From: Octopus sinensis
Lineage: Eukaryota
Assembly: GCF_006345805.1 (NCBI RefSeq)
Contig: NC_043007.1
Coordinates: forward strand, 47,616,001-47,680,000
Length of the DNA stretch: 64,000 nt
Reading direction: 5' to 3'
The notes below the pieces were generated by a model. It made no database searches. It had not been told where the DNA came from and saw nothing but the letters and a program-made list of their open reading frames with translations. This document shows positions 54,150-64,000 of the stretch, one piece after another. Within the stretch, counting starts at the first letter, position 1. Every line of letters begins with the position of its first letter. The position numbers were made by a program, and so were the translations under genes.

Positions 54150-54713
54150 CACACGCACCTGCACGCACGTGTATGTGTGTGCGTATGAATGCATGTATGT
54201 GCGTACTTATGTATGGATAAACGCGTACACAAACTTTCACGTCGCATAGATTTCCCTATATTCGCACTGCGTACACATACAAAACATACAGACACACATT
54301 CAATGAAGACGAAAATATATCAATGAGTTTAGAGAGAGAGGGAGAGAGAAGACAGACAGTCAGACTAGCAAGCAAGTAGACAGACAGACAGAGACAGAGA
54401 CAAAGACAGAGACAGAGAGACTGTGAGTACCCTATTGAATATGAAACTTAATTATGTTTTATAGCTGAAGTGTTTTTGTCAAGTGTCTGACGCGAGAAGA
54501 ATTTCAGTTTTAGACAAAAACACTACAACAATTGTACAGAAATTCTTTCAAAGTTTTCTATTTATATTGTCCTTGCGGCGATACAAATACATCGATATTA
54601 TAATCATATGGTACCCAACATTTGTTGCCTCAATCACACTACAGAAGTCAATGTTATAATGATGTGGACGTCCTTATATCCATCACAATTCTGAAGTCAA
54701 TATTATAACAATA

Positions 54714-54990
54714 TAAGGCGGCGAGCTGGCAGAAACGTTAGCACGCCGGGCGAAATGCTTAGCGATATTTCGGTCGCCGCTACGTTCTGAGTTCAAATTC
54801 CGCCGAGGTCGACTTTGCCTTTCATCCTTTCGGAGTCGATTAAATAAGTACCAGTTACGCACTGGGGTCCATCTTTTCGGGGTCGATAAGTTAAGTACCA
54901 GTTACGCACTGGGGTCGATATAATCGACTTAATCCGTTTGTCCTTGTTTGTCCTCTCTGTGTTTAGTCCCTTGTGGGTAGTAAAGAAATA
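54714..54990 (+). mobile_element. SINE family B copy with internal duplication of about 47 bp
   Basis: Full head GGCGGCGAGCTGGCAGAAACGTTAG; the core CATCCTTTCGG...GTACCAGTTACGCACTGGGGTC occurs twice. Confidence 0.9.
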
Positions 54991-55359
54991 GGTATTTCGC
55001 CATGCTTTATGTTCCGAGTTCAAATCCTAGCAACACCGACTTTTAACCTTTCGAGGTTCAATAAAATAACTACCAGTTGAGTATTGGAACTGATGTAAAC
55101 GACTTACACCCTCCCACGAAATTACTGGCCTTGTGCCAAAATTTGAGATCAATATTATAAAAATTTGTGCTGGTGCTCCCTTGTCTCAGTACAGAAAGCA
55201 ATATTGCAATAATGCGGTGATCCTCATCTGTTGCAGCTGTAACCACACAGAAGCCAGTATTACAACTATGTGATGGCTCTCATCTCTTCTGCCTATAGAC
55301 TGTATGGATGAGAAAGGTGGTAATTTACTACATAAGCAAAAGGCAAGGAAAATAGTCGA

Positions 55360-56196
55360 TTCTATCGGGCCGCAATTACTTCACCAGCACTTTATTTTAT
55401 CGATCCCGGAAGGATGAAAAACAAAGCAGAACTCGACTGGTTAAACATAACTGTAATTAAATTTCACAAAAAATTTTCTGATGCTCAAACCATTCTGCCA
55501 GTCCACTGCTCTGATGACGAAGGTACAAGAACAGAAATTTAGCGGATAGGAATGAAATGTAATGTCGATTCCAAAGTACTTGATTGTTATTTTATTTCGT
55601 CGCCCCCGGAAAGATAAACGGCAAAGTCGACCTCGGAGAGATTTGAACTCAGAACGTAAGGGACTGGAACACATACCCCAGGAAGTTTTGTCCGACACTC
55701 CGATGATTTTGTCAATCCACTGTAGTTAATGATAATAATAATTGTTTCTTATTTAAACACAATGTCTGTAATTTTTGAGGAGAAGGAAGTAATCTATACC
55801 ATCGACACCAGTATCTAACCAGAACTTTATTTAATTTCCCCCGGAAAGATGAACGGCAGCACTGAATTTGGATGTATTTGAACACAGAACGTAAAGAATC
55901 AGAAAATGTATCGAAAGACGCTGTAACGAATTCACCATCCTGAAGACGATGATGATCATAATACTCCTTTCTACTATCTGTTCAAGGCTTAAAATTTGGA
56001 GGAGGGAACTAATTGGTTACAGTGCTCGACTGATACTTATTATGTCGACCCTGAAATGATGAAATGTAAAGTCGACCATGACGGAATTCGAAATCAGAAC
56101 ATGAAGGCAGACGAAATGCTACTAAGCATTTTTCTTCCGGTGTGCTAACGATTCTACCACCTTGCCGCCTTTATGATGATGATGATGATGATAATG

Positions 56197-56261
<65 letters not shown>

Positions 56262-56458
56262 CTTTTCTACTAAAGGCACAAGGTTTGACATTTAGGGGGG
56301 CGCAAATCGACCCCTAGTGTTGCACTGGTACTTAATTCATCGATCCCGAAAGGATACAAGGCAAAGTCGACCTCGGCGGAATTTGAACTCAGAACGTAAA
56401 GACACAAAATGTCGCTAAGCATTTTGCCCGGCGTGCTAACGATTCTGCCAGCTTGCCG
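55360..56458 (-). mobile_element. Chain of about five same-orientation SINE family B copies interleaved with (TAA)n/(GAT)n
   Basis: Repeated ATCGATCCCG/GAAAGGATG/AAAGTCGACC/ATTTGAACTCAGAAC cores at about 55400, 55620, 55850, 56060 and 56360. Confidence 0.8.
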
Positions 56459-56540
56459 TTTTGATGATGATGATGATGATGACGATGATGATGACGACGA
56501 CGACGAGACGACGACGACGATGACGACGACGATGATGATG

Positions 56541-56572
<32 letters not shown>

Positions 56573-57339
56573 GATGATGATGATGATGAGGATAACGACG
56601 AGGATGGCAACGACGAGGATGGCAACGACGAGGAGGGCAACGACGACGGCGATGACGACGATAAGCAAAACATCCGCAACAATAATTCGGTTTGCTAAAG
56701 AAAAATGTTTTGAAAAGAATTTTACGATAATGATTGAGATGAAAAACATAAGCTGAAAGATTTTTGCCCAGAATGAAAGATTATCAAGACTTTTACTTTA
56801 CATTGATGTATGGAGTTTATTTTTCAATATCAATAATATCCATTTGATAACAACATCCTCTCAAATAACGTTGTTGCTCTTGTTTGTTGGCTGATGGACT
56901 TGTTTGATTGATCGATTGATTAATTGATTGACTGACTGACTGAATGACTGTTAGTGAAGAAGCTATTATTATATTGTGTGTGTGTACTATATTATATCAA
57001 ATGTGTATGTCAATAAGTTTTTTTATGTATTATTGTGTTTATCTGCAAGTTTGTGGGCGTTTGTATATTTGGTGTGAATGTTTGTATGTAATGTTATGTG
57101 TGTGTGTGTGTATATACAGACATACGTGTGTGCACACCCGCGCGCGCACAGACTGTATAATTGACATAATCTCTTTCACCATGACAACAGAGTAAGTATC
57201 AATTCGTGATGTCAGTCACAAATTTAATTGTATATTTCAGTTTGATTCGATCAAGCCGACACACCTTCCCCGCCTACAAGAAGATATTTCACTTATGGTA
57301 AATAGTCTTTTGATATAACACTATTAGATGGTACATGCC

Positions 57340-57364
57340 ATATATATATATATATACATACATA

Positions 57365-57398
<34 letters not shown>

Positions 57399-57414
57399 CA
57401 TATATATAATATAC

Positions 57415-57451
<37 letters not shown>

Positions 57452-57490
57452 CATATATAATATATATACATATATATATATATATATATC

Positions 57491-57525
<35 letters not shown>

Positions 57526-57580
57526 CATATATATATACATATACATATATATATACATATACATATATATATACATATAC

Positions 57581-57654
<74 letters not shown>

Positions 57655-57665
57655 TATATATATAC
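57340..57665. repeat. (TA)n/(TACA) microsatellite
   Basis: Direct reading. Confidence 0.97.
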
Positions 57666-57832
57666 ACACACAAAATTAAGAGGAGTGACCATCAAAGTGG
57701 ACTCCTAATATGGTAAATATAGACGTCAAATCACCATTACCACGAAGAGAGTTCTCAAGAAAAATTTCAGCAAAACACCAGAATGTAAAAATGAGCAAGA
57801 CAAATGAAAATATACGAAATAAAAAACGATTA

Positions 57833-57996
57833 CCTACGTACCATGGTTTCGCTTGTTAATATTTACGAATGTAAATATCTGCAAGCTCATAAGCGTAGTC
57901 TGTCGCTTACAAAACACAATTTCCAGAACTAGACACAGAACGCTCATTCGAAAGAGAGCATGCATAAAGTTCTGCAAATTATATTTGAGGTTAGTT
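57833..57996 (-). repeat. Left copy of the 164-bp inverted repeat; hammerhead with G5-to-U core mutation
   Basis: Reverse complement of 60891-61054 with 3 substitutions; the minus strand reads CTTATGA instead of CTGATGA (position 57891). Confidence 0.93.
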
Positions 57997-58056
57997 ATTT
58001 AGTTTATATATATATATATATACATTCATACATACATACATACATACATACATACA

Positions 58057-58092
<36 letters not shown>

Positions 58093-58172
58093 CATATGTG
58101 GAAAATCGGTGTATTTGTTTGTGGCGTTGTTAGTTAACTCCTCTTACATCGTGTTATTGATTTTGATGAAAC

Positions 58173-58531
58173 TTGACACGTGAGTAGACCTCATGTCTGG
58201 AAGCCTCATGACATACTTAGATTGTTAAAAAATCGATGATATGACCCCTGAAGGGGACCTTTATAACTGCCTTATATAATTATTTTTTAACACCTAAGGG
58301 AAATAATCCATTTCATTGTTTATGTTTGATTACTTTGAATATTGATTTTTGAGCGTCCAATTTCTAATTTTTGCAAACAATATCACATTATTTGACACGT
58401 GAGTAGAACTCATATCTAGAAACCTCATAACATAGTTAGATTGTTGAAAAAATCGATAATATGGCCCCTCCAATAGATCTTTATATCTACTACATATTAC
58501 AAATATTTTATTTAAACAACCCAAGGGAAAT
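58173..58531 (+). repeat. Two diverged direct repeats, period about 219 bp
   Basis: TTGACACGTGAGTAGA...TTAGATTGTT...AAAATCGAT...AAGGGAAAT starts at 58173 and again at 58392. Confidence 0.75.
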
Positions 58532-59213
58532 CATTCATGCCACCTGCAGGTTTTAGCGAAGCGATCAATATTTGATTCTCACGATCAGCCGACCTAATTC
58601 TGCATTTCACTACTCACAGTTTTGAACTGCTAAACATTATTATTGCACTTCCTTAATTTGAATTTTAAACCTTAAAGATTTCATTCATACACTTCTATAC
58701 ATTACATACATTTTCATGCCCATTACTGCATTTTTACAGTATGACTTTTTCCTTGGCAGTAAATATTTTTTTTATTCCACAACGTATTTGTAGTAAAATG
58801 GAGAAGATACTGATCAATTCATCAATGAAAGATGTACCCATTCCAACTAAGGACCACTACACGAAAGAGCTAATTTACAGAATAAACGAGTTTATGTGTA
58901 GTTTTATTCTATATTATTCTGTTTGATCTGGATGTTCCTAAATAATTAGTTAATAAATTATATGAATTGGTATTATCTAGTAGTTGATGATTGAAAGAAA
59001 TCTATTCCTCCATTTTCTTATTTTGTATTATGAATTTGAGGTAAAAAAATTTTACCTTCGCCCATATAATACAATAAATGAATTAATTGCATTGCAATCC
59101 TTAGCATTTATGTATTAGCCTTTCTGGGTACTTCACTGGCAGTATATTGGATAAATGATATCCCATAGTGGGTTACGCTCATAATCCCTATCTCACTTTG
59201 TAATTATATATAC

Positions 59214-59268
<55 letters not shown>

Positions 59269-59331
59269 GTACGTTTATATATTTGTTGTGCAAGGTTTTT
59301 TATGTGAAGTCGTGTGTTGAAGCAGATATTG

Positions 59332-59518
59332 TTATATTTCGGAATGGTCATTTTGCCAGTTTAGCCAATAAAAACACACGCACTATATATTTGGTGTTAT
59401 TTTGAAATTAGATTAAGATTAATGTAAAAAATAAATAACACTGAAGCAAAATAACACCAAATATATAGTGCGTGTGTTTTATTGGCTTAACTGGCAAAAT
59501 GACCATTCCGAAATATAA
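59332..59518. repeat. About 73-bp inverted repeat with 42-nt spacer
   Basis: 59332-59404 vs 59447-59518: one substitution and one 1-bp indel. Confidence 0.9.
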
Positions 59519-60019
59519 TAATATATATACATACATATATATGTATACATATATATATACACTTACATGTATATGTATATAAATATATATATATATACAC
59601 ACACACACATATATTTATTCATATATATATATATACACACACACATATATATATATATTTACTCATATACATAAATTTATGCACACACGCAGGCGTAATT
59701 ACAACCACACATTCATAAATACGCGCGAGTGTATTTCTGCATTTTCTGTATTTTTTCTATTTATTTCGCAAAATTCTTGGTGAGCAACCGTGTATTGAAA
59801 TAAGATACGTTTCTATTTTAAATGAATCTTTGTACCAGTGAAATTACACGCACCGCTTATAGTTCACATTTTTAATTATAACTGTCAATTAATTATGCAA
59901 TTAATTCATTTGCAAAACTCTTTCAGAACACATCTGTGGCCTTTTCAACGATTTTTTCTGTGATAATCAGTGTTTTCATTTGTCTTGCATCTATTTGTGT
60001 GAGTGTCTTTTTGCGATTC

Positions 60020-60079
<60 letters not shown>

Positions 60080-60366
60080 TGTGTGTGTGCGCGCGCGCGT
60101 GTGTGTGTGTGTGTAAGTGTGTATGTTTACACTAATAAGTGTCATTGCGCATTCGTGCGTGTATACATTTAATTATTGCTTTTGCTTTCGCATTCATTAT
60201 TTATATGTGCATGTGTGCATACAAACACTTGTAAAGTCACTGCCCTATATACACACACTCACACACTCACACACGCATACACATACGTACACACACACAT
60301 AGAGAGAGAGAATATATATGTATATACATGTATACATACGTACATATAAATACACACACATGCATA

Positions 60367-60402
<36 letters not shown>

Positions 60403-60988
60403 TAGAGTTTGGATTTTAATTTTTAATTTTTAATTATAAATTTAAACTGCATTTTGGGTTTAGCCACAGTGGTATACCGGCAAAGCACGTTCACTGCTTA
60501 TGGCTACTTGGCGTCATCCACAGTAATTGCAGAATCGTCGCTGGATCTACGTTAAGGATTCCACATCACATGTTCAGTATAGTAGAAACGTTTGATACGG
60601 AAAAGAGAATATACTAGAAACTTAAACTATTGCAGCGGTCGTTTCGACACACCCTGCGCATCTCTCGTGCGGGTGGGAAACTATACAATGAATTCCAAAG
60701 TACTTCATCGTGCAGAGGCATCTCTTCAGTTCATATATAACTTGGTTTCTCGTCAGATAATTGACGTTTTGCTCTTAAGCTTAACCAGAGCCTTTTGATA
60801 GGAGTCGTATCTATTTCTACTATATGTGTTCTCTAACCGTAACTGCAGAATTATTTCCGGCCTCAGTGCGCCAAAATGAAGACATTTCAAAACTAACCTC
60901 AAATATAATTTGCAGAACTTTATGCATGCTCTCTTTCGAGTGAGCGTTCTGTGTCTAGTTCTGGAAATTGTGTTTTGTAAGCGACAAA

Positions 60989-61053
60989 CTACGCTGATGA
61001 GCTTGCAGATATTTACATTCGTAAATATTAACAAGCGAAACCATGGTACGTAG
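60989..61053 (+). ncRNA. Intact type I hammerhead ribozyme (inside the right 164-bp repeat copy, 60891-61054)
   Basis: Stem I CTACG/CGTAG; CTGATGA at 60994-61000; stem II GCTTG/CAAGC extended by ATATTTAC-attc-GTAAATAT; GAAAC at 61037-61041; palindromic stem III ACCATGGT; GUA triplet with predicted cut after 61048. Confidence 0.88.
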
Positions 61054-61436
61054 GAAGAAAAGGATTTAAAAATTCAGGCATGTATCAACAAAGCACACAG
61101 TTTCAAAAGAATTTTGTTAATAGTATCCAACAATTAGACACCAGTAAATGTAAGTAGAATATACTTTCAAGGTAATTCCTCGTGTATGGCAAGTAGATGC
61201 AAATATCGTTTAGACGTGTTTCGAGAAATGCAGTGTATTTGACAACAAAAATGCGAATAGAGAAAATTACATCTTTATTGTAGAATTCACCTTACAAAAC
61301 GGACTATTGTGTTAATATGCGTGTGTGTATGTGTGTATGTATGTATGTATGTATGTATGTATGTATGTATGTATGCTTGTATGTATGTATGTATGTATGT
61401 ATGTATGTATGTATGTTCGTGTGTATGTATACATTA

Positions 61437-61812
61437 GCATGGCTGTGTGGTAAGAAGCTTGCTTCCCAACCACATGGTTCTGGGTTCAGTCCCGCTAAGT
61501 GGCACTTTGGTCAAATGTCTATTACTACAGCATCTGACCAATGCCTTGTGAGTGGATTTGTAGACGGAAACTAAAAGAATCCCATCCTATATCTGTGTGT
61601 GTGTGTGTGTAACTGTGTGTGTTACTGTGTTTGTCCCCTCACCATCGCTTGACGCCCGAAGTTGGTGTATTTACGTCCCCGTAACTTAACGGTTCGGCAA
61701 AATGGACCGATAGGCCCAGAAAGAATAAGTCCTGGGTCAATTTATTCGACTAAAAACGGTGCTCCAGCATGGCTGCAGTCAAATTACTGAAACAAGTAAA
61801 AGAATAAAAGAA
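61437..61812 (+). mobile_element. SINE family A copy
   Basis: Head TGGCTGTGTGGTAAGAAGCTTGC and tail GAAACAAGTAAAAGAATAAAAGAA. Confidence 0.9.
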
Positions 61813-61814
61813 TA

Positions 61815-61906
<92 letters not shown>

Positions 61907-62073
61907 CATTGAAATTAATTTTTTCAGAAAATATATGTTAACATAACGTTTTCAAGGCGATCCACACACACACACGTAAATGCTTGTTTTATATTAAGTT
62001 ATAATATAAAACGATTCGACATTGAACTGAACGATTACTCATTCTTCTCACTTTTGACTTGCTCCACCTCAAC

Positions 62074-62119
62074 AATAATCTGAAGCAGGCGAAGAAACCG
62101 AAACTTCGAAATCAGTATT
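62074..62119 (+). ncRNA. Decayed minimal hammerhead motif
   Basis: aataat-CTGAAGC-a-gg...cc-GAAAC-TTCGAA-ATC-agtatt. Stem I pairs 5 of 6; stem III is one base from the palindrome ACTTCGAAGT. Confidence 0.5.
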
Positions 62120-62289
62120 TAATCTTTTCCTTGGTAAAAGTTAAAGTGTGTGTGAGAAAGAGAGAGACTGTGTGTAAGCGCGCCCACGCATGTGTGTATG
62201 TGTGTGTATATGTGTGTGTGTGTTTGAGTATTTACATATACATACATAGCTGTGTAGGTAGTCGATTCTGTGAATATGGACAAAAATAT

Positions 62290-62460
62290 ACATACATATA
62301 AATATACATATACATACATACATATATATATACATATATATATATATACAATATATATATACATATATATATATACATATATACATATACATATATACAT
62401 ATATATATATACATATATATATATACATATATACATATATATACATATATATATATAATA

Positions 62461-62491
<31 letters not shown>

Positions 62492-62530
62492 ATATACATA
62501 TATATATAATATATATATATTATATATATT
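62290..62530. repeat. (TA)n/(TACA) microsatellite
   Basis: Direct reading. Confidence 0.97.
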
Positions 62531-63039
62531 TAATATACTCTTGTTGCTGATGCTCTATTGTTCCTTTATCTGGGATGATAACACAGTTTGAAACCGTGCC
62601 TTTTGTTACGTTTTAGGCTGTTATATGAATAGTTGTATTTGACTTTATTGGTTCCTAAGATCGTCACACATTAACTGACATTCCTACCTAAATACTTACA
62701 TACGCATACAGACACACACACACACACACACAAATCTATTTTATTGCGCACTGTACTATATTACACTATATCATATTTTTGCAACGTAGATCTCGTCAAG
62801 AATGACAGTATTTATTTGAGTATAGAATAAATTTTGCCAATAATGTTTGCGGAAGAATAACAACATCAGTAATGCATTACCTTATATACAAGACTTAGAC
62901 ATTGTTATATCTAAGCAGATAGAAGTAAAAGCAATTAGAGAAAGGGATAGATATGTATATATGTTTGTTAGCATCTAAATAGATAGATAGTCAGACAGAC
63001 AGATACACTTTCTAATATATATACAAGGCTTAAAATTTT

Positions 63040-64000
63040 GATAGAGTGGCTAGACGATTACATTGACCTCCAGTGCTCCGAAAGGACGAAACGCAAAGAA
63101 CGTGCAACAATCTTCCATCTCTTCTCGAATGCCCTTTGCGACAAGCATCTCCTCTCCAGCTTTATTTTCGTTTTCTGGTGGAAAAGGTAAAAGTTAACCA
63201 ACCCTAGGCTGAAGATGAAGATGCCCGTCACAATCCCTTTCACTCGCGTCTTCCATACACCTTCCTTCGCGATAGCCACTACTTAGAGGAAACAAGCCTG
63301 CTATTCCCTGTTCAGAGAAGCCGGCTGAACACTCTTAATTATAGACTCGGGTGACAGACGTGACAGCAGTTGCTCAACATAAACCCATAGCTCCGAAATC
63401 TTCGGACAATGCACAAGAGAGTGCAGAACAGTTTCACTGCCCTGCCTTCATCTTGGGCATGTTGGCGTAGATGAAGAATCATGCCTGTAGAGTTTATCCT
63501 GAACAGGTAAGACTCCTCGCTAATATTGCCATGCCAGGGACTTCTGGTAATTATCCATAGGGCCGAATGTTCTCCGGTACAGGTCGGTACGTTGACCGTC
63601 ATCGAAGCCCAGAGTTTCTCCTAGAGCATCGTCACACTTGAACTCTACCAACCCTCCATAAAACGACCAGGTAGAACTCCCGCCGCCTGCGTTGCCCGCC
63701 TGGAAGAGGAGCAAGAGTGCCTGACGGCACTCTGCTTTCCAAGCACCCAACTTCGGTCTACGCTTAATCCATGGGTTCAGTTCACTAAAGAGGTGAACCG
63801 CGAAAGCAACAGTCAGACGAACGGAGACCACACTTGCTTACCGTCCAGGTAAAGCCCAAGATCCCTCAGTTTCAACGCATTCCTGCGCTTTTTTTAGCCA
63901 TGGCACCCCCATCCCATCCTTCAGCGGTTGTTGGCAGCCAATAGAGCACCTTACAAGAGGTCCCCTGCTCCTCCGTAAAAAGCGGAAGAGTATGCGTTCC
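63040..64000 (-). mobile_element. L1/Tx1-clade LINE ORF2 3' end (decayed), running off the window
   Basis: Minus reading NYQKSLAWQ, RGVLPVQDKLYRH...PTCPR*RQGSETVLHSLVHCPKISELWVYVEQLL (CCHC knuckle with a stop), then AKEGVWKTRVKG. Confidence 0.8.

Noticed and set aside
57833-61054. Interpretation as TIRs of a DNA transposon or as a tandem retrozyme array
   Set aside because: There is no TSD or transposase and the termini coincide with a ribozyme stem. The copies are inverted rather than same-strand tandem, so a circular monomer is not predicted from this locus.

Overview
AT-rich, microsatellite-saturated animal genomic DNA. The SINE families and repeat texture point to an octopus (inferred, not verified). 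No intact host gene is recognisable. Most ORF-track entries are translations of (TA)n/(CA)n/trinucleotide tracts, and the rest are pieces of decayed transposons: a CR1-group LINE, five R4/Dong-clade remnants, an RTE relic, an L1/Tx1 3' end, several Penelope-like fragments, two mariners, a Helitron helicase fragment and four tRNA-headed SINE families. Two patterns stand out. (1) About ten hammerhead-ribozyme motifs from several different families occur, one with every core element intact (60989-61053). Most have a self-complementary stem III, and several sit in or beside inverted duplications (141-bp and about 168-bp foldbacks, and a 164-bp inverted pair 2.9 kb apart). This is consistent with Penelope-type pseudo-LTR biology. 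(2) A (TAA)n-rich cluster at 15.7-21.3 kb holds several R4/Dong insertions plus a non-coding element of about 540 bp embedded in the same TAA tract. All coordinates and alignments were done by eye; no searches or folding programs were run.
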